The notes: generated from the sequence alone by a model not told the origin. 64,000 nucleotides of DNA from Eledone cirrhosa (GCA_964016885.1 OZ024743.1:297972001-298036000), one strand, 5' to 3'; positions 46,224 to 59,600 are shown, counted from the stretch's first letter. Program-made: numbers and translations.

Positions 46224-47984
46224 GATTATAAATATCAGTAAAAAGCAAGTTCTTCACAATAGTTTCTGAAATGTGAATATTAAGTACACAATATTATATA
46301 ATTCACAATGTATATGATAATTGACACAAATCTTATTCTGAAAATAATTATTTCATAAATAATCCCTTATGGTACTGTATTCTACTATACTGATGAAGTT
46401 TCCATGCTGCTTGGGATTTATATTTTCTCTATGGAAGCTTCTGGAGTGTTCTAGAACTATTTATAGAAGATGATTGACTGTGATTATATATTTTTCTATT
46501 AGCTATTTATAACTAACACTTGCAATCGATTTAGAGAACCACCTATATCCTGCCCTGCTGAATTATCAAACACTAATGAGGGGAAACACAATTAGGTATT
46601 TACTTTTTAAAAAACAATATACAAATAATTGCAAAACAACAAAATTGCATATGAAACATAACTTTTGGTGTTATTATTTTAAAAAGAGTGGTGGATTGGT
46701 AGTATTGGTACAATGTCGGACACCATGTTTTGCAGGATAGAGTTATGACCCTTTATGTTCTGGATCAAATCTCACTGAGGTTAGCTTTGCCTTTCATTCT
46801 TAAGGGGTCGATAAAATAAAGCACCAGTAATGCATTGGAGTTGATTTGATCGACTTTCCTCTCCCACCAGAATGATTGGCCTTGTTCCTAAATCAGAAAT
46901 TATTATTTAAAAGATACTGTATCAGGCAAAATGATTTTTAGTATAGGTTTGGGATCTTTATGATCTGATTTCAAATTCTGCTGAGGTCAACTTTGCCTGT
47001 CATTCTTCTAAGGTCAATAACATAAAATACCAGTCAAGTACTGGTCTTGTGTCTATGTTATAAACCATTATTTAAAAGATAGTGGGGTGGGTAGTCTTCT
47101 TCTTCAACCACTATTCCTGGGAGGATCATAGGGGTGGAGTCTTCAAACAAGCTTACCAGTGGGTCCTGTCACAAGCAACTGTCTCCAATTGATGTTATCC
47201 AACCATCTTGCTCATGGTCTGCTTCTGGGTCTTCTGCCAGTTGGTTTTGCCTCATAAAATTTGTCCAGCAATTCTTTTCTTAGACATTCCAACCCCATGT
47301 TCATAGTGACAGAACTCTGATCTTTCTATTCAGAGAAGTAGTGGCTCTACCTGAAGCAATTCCCTGATCTCTGAGCTACATAACCCATTGAGTAACATTA
47401 CTCAAAAGACTCTTTGGAGGAACCTCCCTTTTGGCTGCTTGTATTATGGGAGTGGGTCTTAATTGTTAAAATACAGGCAACCTTAGTCTTACTTTGTTCA
47501 ATGTAATCTTTAAACTAAGAATTCCTAGTGGTAATGGTGAAAGAAAACAGGTAGTGGTTATTTAGCAATTATCAAAAGTCACTTGTGACCACACAAGATT
47601 GGGAAAAACCTATAATTATCAGTTAAGAGCTGTCAATCATCAATTATTAGTAGTGATTGGGAAAGTTGTTGACTGAATTTGCTTTGATCTTGATGGATTA
47701 AAATTGTTTATGATTTCCTTTAAATTCTTTTTTTCTCGCAAAATAGCCTGCTTGTAAAATTTTGGCCCTACTGTGAATTATGGGTGGAGGTAGGTATTAA
47801 GGTGGGATGGGAGTGGCAAACAATGTTTCACGTATATAATGATGTTTTTATATAAAAAAATAACTCAATAGACTAAAGATAATTATATTCATTAAGTTAG
47901 TTCCGTTAGTTTTCTTCTTTTTATGAATAAGTGTTATTTTTTTAATATGTATTTTATGTGAAAAATTTTTGTCACCATCCCCAT

Positions 47985-48625
47985 AATTACTATCGTTATC
48001 ATTATCGTTTAATGTCCATTTTCCATGCTAGCATAGATGAAATGAGGTGTCCCGTTGTGAGGACAGCCAGGTTGGAGGACTGTGTTTTGCTCACCCAGAA
48101 CTGATTTTGGCTTGTTTTCTATGGCTGGATGCCCTTCCTAATGCCAACCACATTTACAGTATGTACTGGGTGCTTTTTGTCGTGATACCTACACAACCAC
48201 ATTACAGTATGGACAGGGCACTTTTTGTCATGTCACCAACACGACTACTTTGCAGTGTGGGCCGGGTGCTATTTGTTGTGATACCTTCATAATCACTTTG
48301 CAGTGTGGACTGGGCACTTATTATCGTGGCGCCAGGATGGTCACTTTATGGTGTGGATTGGGGACTTGTGATGAGGGGGAGGGGGCTGTATGGGGAATTG
48401 GAGAGGTAGATACAAGGGTAAGGTGATTATAATGTGGCAGGTGTATGGGAGGAAAGATGGTGTATACTAGATGTATGCCTCAATTCCTGCACATGGAAAT
48501 GCGAGTCTTCTGTATTACTGCATAGTGCCTGAGATCATGGTCCTGTGTCATCGCCTTTGAGAGGGGCAATTGTGCAAGTTCATCTTTTATCACCTCATCC
48601 CAAATCTTCTTAGGCCTGCCCATAC
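47985..48625 (-). mobile_element. Old 5'-truncated RTE with four 3' UTR modules
   Basis: Minus strand: GRPKKIWDE ORF end, C-rich tract, four cac..ctgyaaagtg/cacccag units, ttaggaagggcatcc, decayed tail. Confidence 0.75.
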
Positions 48626-49102
48626 TATGTAGAATTTTTAACCTTCCTTGTAAAATTTTGAAAGTTTTTATAAAAAATTTTTCTTGCCTACAAAATGTTT
48701 ATATCCTCCAATTCATTTTTTGTGTACTTTTAAAGTTTTTACAGTTAAGAAAAAAATTTAACTATTTCAAAATTTTTTTTCCTCCCTGTAAAATTTCAAT
48801 ACTTCTAAAATTTTTATTCCTTTCTGTAAAATATTTTTTACTTCCTTTGTAAAATTTTTGACCCTACAAAATGTTAATCCTTTTTTCAATCATATAAGGA
48901 ACTGAACAAAAATATTTGAAAAGTCAAATTTGGTTGAAATCCATCCAAAGATGACCAAATTTATGAGGGATATGGACACACAGATACAGATTGTCAAATA
49001 CCTTAGCCAATGGTCTTCACTGTGAAGCTGTTAAAAAGATCATCATAACTCTTTACATGTAGATCACTTCAGATAACAGACTTTTCCTTATAAATACACA
49101 TG

Positions 49103-49135
<33 letters not shown>

Positions 49136-50675
49136 GATGCACATGGACAATGACTGATGGGTAAAGAAATGCCAGGAAATCTCAGTGGAAGGAAGCTACA
49201 GTAGAGGATGATCAAGAAAGACCTGGACAGAGATTGTAAGAGCCGACTTTAAATCGTTAAGACTGGAAGAAGAGATGACGAAGGAATGCGACATGTAGAG
49301 TGATGCCATGCTGAGAAAGACCTGTTCAACCCATGCAAGCATGGAAAAGCAGGCGTGAAAATTATGATGATGATGATGATGTAGATATAGACAGAAGATG
49401 AGGAAATTTTCAAACTTTCACTGCCGATTTTTCTTTAAGAAAATGAGGATTAAAAATTACATTTATTCTTTGAAATAATTTATTGAACAGGACATATTGT
49501 CTTTTTTGAAAACACTTTAGTCCAAGATGGTGGGGGTAAGGTTCAGAGCTTTTACAAGCCCCTTTCACTCAGCCTGGTTGATGCAGTCAACTTATGGACT
49601 ATATAAATTAAATATCCCATAAATAAAGACCCTAAGAAATAAGTGCATTACCTTTACAGAGGTATACCTATACCTTCATCTCATAGCAATTCTTTGTCTG
49701 GAGAGGTCTCTCTCTCTTTTTGTTTTTCTTGCTCAGCTTGTCTTTCAACTCTTAAGGCAAATCTTAATAGAACATGTTGCCAGCCTCTTCTTGGTTTCCT
49801 TATACTTTGAGCTAATGCATTCGAAATTCGTTGACCTATAGCTTGTACTTGATTTTCGTTTGCCCTATATCATTGCATATATTCTGCTCTCGTTGATCGA
49901 CGTCTGTCTAATTCTTCTGGTGTTGGACTGTGTCCTCTGGCTTTCCTTTCCATCACTAGTGACAAAAGTTGAAGTTTATAGAAAATTACTGAATGCAACA
50001 CACAGAGTATTACATAACTTAGTTCTTAAATAAAAATCTGCTAAAATTAGTATGAAGATTATTCTAAGAATTATTGTTACTATTATTATTATTATTTGTT
50101 TCTACTTTTGGCACAAGACTAGCAATTACTCCAGTATATTACTGGTACTTTATTTTATCGAGCCCATAAGAATGAAAGGCAAAGTAAACCTCGGCAGGAT
50201 TTGAACTCAAAACGTGAAGGGCCATAACTCTATGTTGCAAAGCATGGTGACCGATGCTCTAACGATACTGCCAATCCTGTGCATATCAATAATGATGGCA
50301 ATAGTGTTGACTGTATTTAATTTTTGGAGTGCAGAATAGGTATGCCATATTTAACAGGATTATAGAATATATGAACTACCATCAAACAGGGGAATTTGCA
50401 TTGGGATAAATTTATGGTTTACATAAGATAAACCTTATAGTTTACGTTGATTACTGATAAGTGGAAGTGATAAAACTCAAAAATATGTCAATAATATACT
50501 TCTAAGATATGATTACACAAATGTTCTGCATGTTTGTACAAATGATATATAGGAGGAAATGTATGAGTAACGTTGAAAAATTTACTATTTACTGTGACAA
50601 ATGTAGGGTTTATTCACAGTTGTATAAAAAAGAAATATAATAATACACTGCTTACAGAACGAAAGCACAAACAAA

Positions 50676-51583
50676 TCTACTTATATATATAACCAACAAT
50701 TTCTCTGTCTGTCTGTCCGACAGTGGAAACACGTGCGTAGAGAGAGAGTGAGAGTGAAAGAAAGAGACAGACTACGAGAGGGGGATAGCGGGAGAGGGAG
50801 AGAGAGAGAGAGAGTGAATAGACGCTAAAACACGTGCTACAGAAATATTACCTTCCCCTCTCCACTGACTTTGGTCACTGAGGCCGAGGGAATCGCTGGT
50901 TGCTATTGAGACACCTTGCACAAGCCAGAAGTAACCAGTTCGAGGCGGTTCTGACTTGACACCATGCGAAGAAGGTTGCCATTGAATTTGTGGTTGTTGC
51001 TGCTGATAATAAGGACCATTTGAAGAAGGTTGCTGCTGATGAGGTAATTTATTAATCAGATTGCGCAGCTCCATAACCTACGTTTGATTTGTTCAATTTT
51101 TTTCTTCAATTTTTTTTTTTTTTTTTTTTTATTTCTTATTGAAAAAATATAAATAATAAAATAAGGTTAGAAATTTAAATACAATTAAATACGATTTAAT
51201 TTCCATTTCCAGCAGCCAATGTCCAGTGTTCAATTTCATGAAAAAATTGGAAATAATTCAAAAAATTGAAGTTTAACTTTTGAACATTTGTTTCGACAAT
51301 AAAAAAATATTTCCTTATTCGCACCTAATGGTATGATTAAAATTTCATAGGAATATTTTTTTCTAACCGCCAGTTATTTATTTTCTCCTTTTTCGTTTTA
51401 ACATATATTTATTTCAAAGATTTCACCGTATAGATAACATATATATTTATACATGCATAAAAGACACACCGAGAGACGGTGAACATGTGGTGCCGAAAAC
51501 ATTTCTCATCCAAATCTCAACAATATCAGTATATACACTAGATTTGCTAGCAGAAAACCGCCCACCGGGTGGTTTTCTGCTAG
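50676..51583 (+). mobile_element. Non-autonomous Helitron-like element
   Basis: A|TCtacttatatatataa...tctgtctgtctgtccg start; terminal 17-bp hairpin ending CTAG. Confidence 0.65.
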
Positions 51584-52122
51584 TCTATATATATAGAACT
51601 GAGGATGTCTCTCCGTGTGTTTGTGAGTTTGAATCCCTAAAACTAGAGAAGCACCCAACCGACTGTTTTCAAACTTTACACATGTAATACTTATGTTTCA
51701 GGGAGTGTTCTGAGCAAAAAAAATTCAAATTTTCAATGCCCACTCTCTATAATTCTTAGTCTTTCTCTTTTTAGATAGATACATACATATAACGTTGCGC
51801 CCTTATAATATCTGTCTGGCTGTCTGCTTTACGTCACTTCCTTCAGTTCGCTCTGCGTCCAAAACGCGCCCTTATAATATCTGTCTATTTGCTGCCTCCG
51901 GTTATTCTGCCACCCTTGCTCAAGACAAATCTCACACTCATTCCCCAAACAGTTGGTAAGTGTACACTTCATCCTCACGTTTTAAGCCACAGTGTTGCTT
52001 ACTTACGTACCACCAGACCCTTACTTCTTTGCCAGCCGTGGTTGTGGCAATACTAAGCTTAGCTAATGCGGTTATATATTTCACAATACCTTATCCCGTG
52101 CAACGCCGGGTACCACTGCTAG
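51584..52122 (+). mobile_element. Non-autonomous Helitron
   Basis: TCtatatatatagaactgaggatgtc start; cccgtgcaacgccgggtaccactgCTAG|T end. Confidence 0.8.
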
Positions 52123-52289
52123 TATAATATAAAGGAAAAGGAACTGAATAGCAAAAAAAAACACAGAAGCAGGTAGCATACACATCTAGGACCACATACA
52201 ACAAAAGGCAGGCGAAAGGGGTGGACAGCCGAGCCGCTACCAGAGCAAATGATAACAGTATCGCGAGGAGCACAGGGAAACCTCTCTAA

Positions 52290-52750
52290 TATTTTTTTAG
52301 GCAAGCCAGCACGCTCGCGGTGTTACCTCGGTTGATGCGGTGGAACAAATAAGTGCCCTCACGAGCATCACCAGTTACCTCTGTTAGGCGAGCCGCCAGC
52401 GAAGATAAGAATCTTACAATCAGTAGCCCGACTTACCTAATCGTCTCGAACGTCATAGGCTGGAAAATGTAGTTAGCCAACAGATCACGGTATTTTAGGA
52501 TTTTATTCCGTTCGGCTGCGGCTCTCACCATAACCGCAATATCCAGGATGTGGGAAGAAGCAAAAGAGTCATTAACTGTGGCGTCCCAAATAAGGCACCA
52601 GATAGCCTCTCGGCCAGGGGCTCAGAGTAAGACCGCAAGTTTTTTTGTATCAATTCTGGACAACCCAGACGGTTCCAAAATTGTGATGTTTGCCCGGGCC
52701 AAAGCTCTCTTGAGAATAAGGTTTAGCTCCACGTGACGCGCATGTAGGGT
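52290..52750 (-). pseudogene. CRE-like non-LTR retrotransposon C-terminal restriction-like endonuclease remnant
   Basis: RHVELNLILKRAL..LEPSGLSR, IWDATVNDSFASS, AERNKILKYRDL, FQPMTFET, VTGDARE..YLFHR..RGNTASV across frameshifts. Confidence 0.75.
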
Positions 52751-53227
52751 TAGAACCCAGGACCTTATGATTAGAAAGCGATTTTTTTTTATTTTAGCAT
52801 CATATAGAAAATACACTGTGTGAAAATCCAAATATTATTGTGACATTTATAGCAAAGCAACTAAATAGCAGTATGATACGATCAAATAGTTTTGTTTTCG
52901 TTTTGTTAAGTATCAAAAGACTGTAGTGATTTCAGAAAAGGAACATATATTTTCCACAATAAAAGTAATCAGTAAGGTGATCGAGCTGGTGCCACGACGA
53001 AAAACCACCCAGTAAGATGGTACGCACTGGTGTCATAACGGAAAATCACCCAGTTCACCCTGTAAGGTGGCCGTACTGGTGCCACGATGAACATTCACTC
53101 AGTAAGATGGTCATGCTGGTACCACGACGAAAAACCACCCAGTTCACCCTGTAAGGTGGTAGCGTTGAATTAATATTTTCTTTCGTTTTGATTTTATCTT
53201 TTCATGTGAAATAATTAAGTAGAGATA

Positions 53228-53512
53228 TGGCACTGATTCGCTTTTGTCTGTCAGAAAGCGGTGAACCCCGCCTACAGTTCCCCCCGTGGTTTATATCCGT
53301 AAAGTAGGGTTAGGGTTACTTTTTAGGGTTAGGGTTAGGGTTAAGAGACGAGCTAAACATACAGAGAATAAAAAAATTGAACAGAGAAGAAAAACATTGA
53401 GTAGCATGAATATTTATCACTTTCATTTGATTTCACTTTCCGGATATAAACGACAGGAGGAACTGTAGGCAGGGTTCACCGCTTGCTGACAGACAAAAGC
53501 GAACCAGTGCCA
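53228..53512. mobile_element. MITE with ~55-bp TIRs and internal TTAGGG repeats
   Basis: tggcactgattcgcttttgtctgtcag / ctgacagacaaaagcgaaccagtgcca; TTAGGG-type units at 53305-53343. Confidence 0.75.
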
Positions 53513-53744
53513 GTTGTATATGTTGACTTTTGACAGCTATGGCATAATTTCAAGCTATCTCTCTTGTCAGCATATTTGTTTGGAAAAAAAAATGTAAACT
53601 TTGCTATTATGTAATTTCATGTACATCGTTTATTTTGATATAATATAATTGCGTATATTTTTTAATGTAATTAAAGGGATATTTCATTTGTGTATTCCGT
53701 TCTTCAAAATTGATTACATGTACTTCTATTAATCTTATATGTAC

Positions 53745-54995
53745 CACTACAACGCTATTAGCCGTCAGTCGAAGCAGCCGATGAAAGCAAAACATCGTTT
53801 ATTTCCGTATTACTACCACGCGTAAGTGGAGTTACTTAAATGAAAATTTTTTTTTCACGCGTTTTTTATTTTTATTTTTTTTTTATTAAAGCATATAGAT
53901 GTAAGTGGAGTTACTTAAATGAAATTATTATTATTTTTTTTATTAAAGCATATAGATGTAAGTGGCGTTATTTAAATGAAATTATTTTTTTTTTTATTAA
54001 AGCATATGGATAAGTGGAGTTACTTAAATGAAATTATTATTTTTTTTTTTATTAAAGCATATCGATGTAAGTGGAGTTACTTAAATGAAAATATAGGTGG
54101 CCCTTAAAAGGGCCAAATTAGAAAACAAATTTAATTTAATTAGAAAACAAGTCATGGTTATCAAATAAATTGGATTTAATCATTTATATTTTCATAGTCA
54201 TGGTTATCAATGTAGAAAACAAGTCATTTTCACCAACAGTGGAGTTAACTTAAATGAAAATATTGGCCAAATTGTTAATGGAATTATCCATCGCTACCGC
54301 TACTACAGCAGATACCATCAATCTCCATGGAAACTGTCTCTTGTCTCCATGTGGACTGTATCCATGCTTTTGAATAAGGTTGGTGAAAAAAATTTGTTTT
54401 CTAAACATTTCTTCATAAAGGGTTGGTGAAAAAAATTTGATAACCATAAATTTGTTTTCTAATTTGGCCCTTTTAAGGGCCACCTATATTTTCATTTAAG
54501 TTAACTCCACTGTTGGTGAAAATGACTTGTTTTCTACATTGATAACCATGACTGAAAATATAGTTCATGGTATTAGCTGTCAGAAGTAACTCCACTGTTG
54601 GTGAAAATTCATTTAAGTTCATAGTATTAGCTGTCAGAAGTAACTCCACTGTTAGTGAAAATGACTTGTTTTCTACATTGATAACCATGACTATGAAAAT
54701 ATAAATGATTAAATCCAATTTATTTGATAACCATGACTTGTTTTCTAATTAACTTAAATTTGTTTTCTAATTAACTTAAATTTGTTTTCTAATTTGGCCC
54801 TTTTAAGGGCCACCTATATTTTCATTTAAGTAACTCCACTTACATCGATATGCTTTAATAAGAAAAAAAATAAAAAACGCGTGAAAAAAAAAAATTTCAT
54901 GCAAGTAATTCCACTTACGCGTGGTAGTAATACGGAAATAAACGATGTTTTGCTTTCATCAGCTGCTTCGATTGACGGCTAATAGCGTTGTAGTG
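53745..54995. mobile_element. Fold-back DNA element with CACTACAA termini and ~57-bp subterminal tandem repeats (CACTA/EnSpm-like)
   Basis: cactacaacgctattagccgtca / tgacggctaatagcgttgtagtg; the arms pair over several hundred bp; no clear TSD. Confidence 0.7.
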
Positions 54996-56209
54996 CCCTA
55001 TGTTTGTATCCTATATATGATGATAAAACTCATTTCTAAATAATGAAAAAGTACAACTAAAAGACCACTTCTAACAGAATTTAACATAGAAATATACTAT
55101 AGTGAAAAATAATACAATAGTGTTTTTTTAGCTATATGAATTAAAACAAAACGCCAATTTATTTTAAATATAACAATAAAATTACAACCAGAAAACATTT
55201 TTGGAATACTCTTTAAAACGAATCCAGTTAGTCAAAAGAAATTGACTGAAACGATAAATCGAAACTAAAAGAAAATCCGCACTAAATTTACTTCATTTCT
55301 GTTTTATATCATTCTGTTGCTGAATTGTGAGACGAAAATTGATCGAAATTATTTAGGTCGTGACTTTCTGTAAAATTCTTAATTTCGAGAATTCATTACA
55401 ATTGTGTATGTATATGCATATATTTACATTTATATGTATGAGTATATAGTGACCTACATTCCGTGGGCTCATAGATGCATTCTCCGTGCAGCTCAGCTGG
55501 CGGCGATTGGCTGAGCTGAGCCAAATAATGCATGTGTAATTATATTTATAAACTTATAGGGACCATAAGAATATAAATATAAGCACTCACACAAAACACA
55601 CATCACTATAGCGTTTCACCAGCCCCTCACTTCCTCAATCATTACATAGATGTGTGTGTATGTAATAATTACTTTGTATAATGTGTCTATTTATGAATAT
55701 GTATGACTAGGTGTATATGTATGTGTGGGTTTGCACTGTTGTCTGTATCTGTTTATGTATTTACGTGTAGATGTGTGTGTATGTAACTAAAGCATAACAT
55801 ACCTTACGAATGGACGACTAAATGATTTTAACTTGTTTTTTTAGCAATTGATGGAAAAAATTTCAAATGTCATAACTCATAACGTAAAGGGGCGCAACTC
55901 ATTGTGTCTGACACTCTTACTGGCTACGTAGCCTGGGAGTCTATTTTAGCGGGACCGGCTTCATAGCCTCTACCGAATCGATTCTGGTTGAATGAAAGGC
56001 AAAGTTGATCTCGGTGTGATTTGAACTAGGAACGTATTTATTTCGGCTTCAAACCTATCAAGTGCAAGTCGAGATTATCTTGTGTCAAGTTAAGTAACAC
56101 CATGTCTGCAAATTCCATCCGACTGATTTTACACCCGCCAGCCATAATACCACTTCCAACCTGGCTGCGCATCTCAATCCTGTTCTTGTAAATAATAAAC
56201 AAGAGAGGT

Positions 56210-58010
56210 GATCGTCATCAAAACAAGAATATACTTTTTGGCAATCCTCCCAAGATTTCTCGAAGACCTGCCACAGTATGAATAATTAGTCAGATGTGCT
56301 GCACCTGGGGCGAAAACCACTGTTCGTCAGCTAACTTGGACTCAGTAATCTCCTTGTATCTTTTTGCCAGACACTTAGCATAGACTTTACCGGGGAGGCT
56401 TAACAAGGAGATCCCTTTTAATTGGAAGAATCTCTCTTGACTCCCTCTTTGAAAATTGGGATTATCACTCCCGATTGCCATTGCTTAGGTGCCTTTCCAG
56501 AGATCCAGGCCACCTGAGTCAGACAGAGAATACCTTCTCTAAGGCTTTTAACATCCTGGGCTGGATATCATCTTCCCCAGCAGCTTTGCCACATTTGAGC
56601 TCTTTGATTGCTCTTGTGACCTCAGCCTCAGAGATTTCACTGCCTCCAGATGCACTTCATGTACATCCAAAGATGCTGTTGTGATTGGGTTTAGGAGATC
56701 AGCAAAGTATTCTCTCCAACTTGCAAGGATGCACCTCTCTGAAGAGAGAACCCCAGATGCATCCTTGTTAGCAGGTGCAGAGGAGGGCTTCTTATTACGA
56801 AGTCGGCGGATGGTCTGCCAGAATACTTTATTTGCTGATCTGAAGTCGGATTCCAGCTTAATCTCAAAGTCCTCGCATGTCTTAACTTTTGATGCTTTTA
56901 CTGTCTCTACTACAATTTTACGTGCTTGCTTGTACCACAAGTGCAAGGAGAACTTATTTCTAAGCCAAGCTTTATAGGCCTCCTTCTTTGCTCGGAAGGC
57001 ATCTTTGACCTCTTGATTGAACCAAGGAGTCTTCCTGCCATTCAGCACCACACCAAGCCTCTTGCTCACAGCATTTTACAGCTGAAGCATAAACTGCTGT
57101 GCTGAAGAATCTCCACTCTGTCTCTACGTCCTGTTTGCTCAGGGAGTTCTCTGAATTTGGATGCAATAGTATCTGCATACCTGGTGCTGACTTCTTTATC
57201 CACCAATGCTCCCAATTTATCCTGTAGATTGCCCTGGACCTGCCAGTTTTGTGGGTTTCTTTAGTATTAGGTCGTCTCAAGCTGCAGATAACTAGATGGT
57301 GATCAGTTGACAGCTCAGCCCCTATCTTAACACAAACATCCAGCACAGAATCAAAGAGATCAGAGACAATAATAAAATCAATTATTGATATCTGTCCTTG
57401 ATTCCCCTTATACAATGTATATTTATGGATGTCTCTGAGCAGGAAGTTGTTCATAATAGAGAGTCCATTGCTAGAACAGAAGTCTAGTAAGGTCTCTCCA
57501 TTCTTATTTAGATCGGAGTCGCCATTCCTTCCAATCACTCCTTTCCATGTCAGGTCATTAGTGCCAACATGTGCATTGAAGTCTCCCATAAGGATATATT
57601 ATTCAGTCTTAACTACATCTAATGCTGCAGTGACTTCATCATGGAAGGACCTGTATTCAGACTGTTTGGTGCATAAACTTGCACCACCCACTCAGCCTAA
57701 GCTTCAAGAGGCAAATCCTCCCGCCTAATGGGATCCAGTCCATAACACATTATGATAGCCAGGAACTTGTGAGTATCCCCATTCTTGCCTATGCAGTCAT
57801 TTCTGGTGCCACACCTGAAAAGTAGAGTTTCCATCCTCCATCCAAATCAGAGCCATGGAACTTTGTTGAAGAAACCCCGACTATATCTAGCCTCCTCCAC
57901 TAGTTACTGCTCCTTGCTTATAAGAGTTGTGATGTTCCAGGTTCCAACTGTCAAGGTTTGCTCCCTTCTGGACTCTCTTTGGAGTCTCGGGATATGCAAT
58001 CTTTGTGCGT
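56210..58010 (-). pseudogene. Third RTE family (Expander-like), EN and early RT, decayed; related 3' pieces at 58220-58600 +, 45000-45385 +, 47100-47450 -
   Basis: VGTWNITTL, MGDFNAHVG, GAELSTDHHLV, TPWFNQEVK, GISLLSLPGKVY. Confidence 0.8.
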
Positions 58011-58839
58011 CCATCCCACGCCTCCCAGTACAGGTTGCAGGCCCATCACCAGTTTTTGTGGCATGAAATGGAGACTGCAATATATTTTTCGAACAGGCCG
58101 CTCTACCTAAAGCCTGGAAGCATCCCTTGTTAATCCTTGCAAAGGACAGTGCAGTATGTTTTTTTTTGTTTTCCTCATCATATTGCGGTTTCAGTTTCAG
58201 TGGTCTTATTTCCGTCAGTCACCAATCTGGTACTCGGGGTCGTGTTCACAAATGATGGAAAGCAGTAGGCTAAATTAAGTGCAAGAATTGTGAAAGCTGG
58301 TGCAGTAATGCACCAGCTTCAGCATTCAGTAATAAAAAAAAAATTGAGGTAGGTGTAAAAGTCAAATTCGCTATTTTCAATCCAAGCATGTGGTTAGAAT
58401 GTCTCAGGAAAGAATCGCTGAATAGATTTTACAGGCAAAACCAACCGGCAAGAGATCCAGGGGTAGACCCTGAGCAAGATGATTGGATAACATCCATGAG
58501 CATGGCTGGTCACGCTAGGGGATCCAGTCAGATCAGTTGGAGACGGTTGCTTCTGACAGGACCCACTAGTGTTTGATGATTTTGCCCCCACGACCCTCTC
58601 AGGAGTGACTCTCTGATCTCCAAGCTATGCACTTTATTGAGTAACTTTACTCTAAAGACCATTCAGAGGAATTATATTTTCGTTAAATGATTTCTCTTGT
58701 GATAGATTTGGAATGTAGTCTATATCTATTATTTCCCTTTGTACTCCTTCGTTTGCAAAACAAATTCCGTAAAGTGTTTAATCCAATGTTCTAACGTTTC
58801 TGCCAATCCACTGCTCTTACGGAGTAGCTCGAAATTAAA

Positions 58840-59600
58840 ATAACTGCATGCCATGCATTGTATGGGAGTGGATAGGCCCTGTCCTATCCAGGAAAGTTGA
58901 TTCTGAAGTTACTAGACAGAACGTTCAGAAAGTGGTTAGGAGTTGCAACTGGTGTCACTCCATCAACCCCATGCTAGGTGTGCACAAGACAGGAAACATT
59001 CCAGTGGAACACAAATGAAAACAATTGGCAGTGGATGTGATGCACTACCGACAGGAACATATATCTCAATAGTCGACTGTGGACCAGGGCAGATGGCAAT
59101 ATGAAGAGAAATAAAGACAGGGGTAGCAGATGAAATTGCACGAATGCTGAATGCCCTGGAGCAGGGCCTTTTGGATGAACTGCTGTTGGACAATGGCACT
59201 GCATTTTGCTCAGAGGCACTGAAGGATATGCTTGATAAGTGGAACATAAACTTCTTCTTCAGAGCGGAGTATAAGCCAATTGGAAATAGGATTGTAGAGA
59301 AATACCATCACATTATCAAGAACATGGGGGAGAGTAGACATATATCACCAATTGAGGCAGTGTTTTGGTATAATATGTCACCCTGGTCTGGACAGATACC
59401 TGTGGAAGTAAGACAGCCTGCATTTACAGGCCAGGGACGAATTCTGGGTCATGCATGCTGGACGTCTCAATGAGGGAAGAGAATAGTAATTGCTGAAAAT
59501 TCCCAAAAGAATGTTTCTATGGATGGAATGCCACGTCGTGCCTTAGATGTCTGCAGGATCTTCGATTTGTCAGACGACAACGAAGAAGTGGATGCAAGCA
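58840..59600 (+). pseudogene. Gypsy-like integrase remnant
   Basis: H..H..G...VVRSCNWC zinc finger; LAVDV, IVDCGPG, LLDNGTAF, GNRIVEKYH (DDE core). Confidence 0.8.

Noticed and set aside
50772-51074. Gln-rich 100-aa ORF
   Set aside because: Inside a non-autonomous Helitron, built from short repeats and (CT)n; no domain evidence.
53305-53343. True telomere or chromosome-fusion scar
   Set aside because: Only a few units, enclosed within MITE TIRs.
55488-55522. CCAAT-containing hairpin as the BTB gene promoter
   Set aside because: Plausible, but unsupported without transcript data; 11 kb from the first coding exon.
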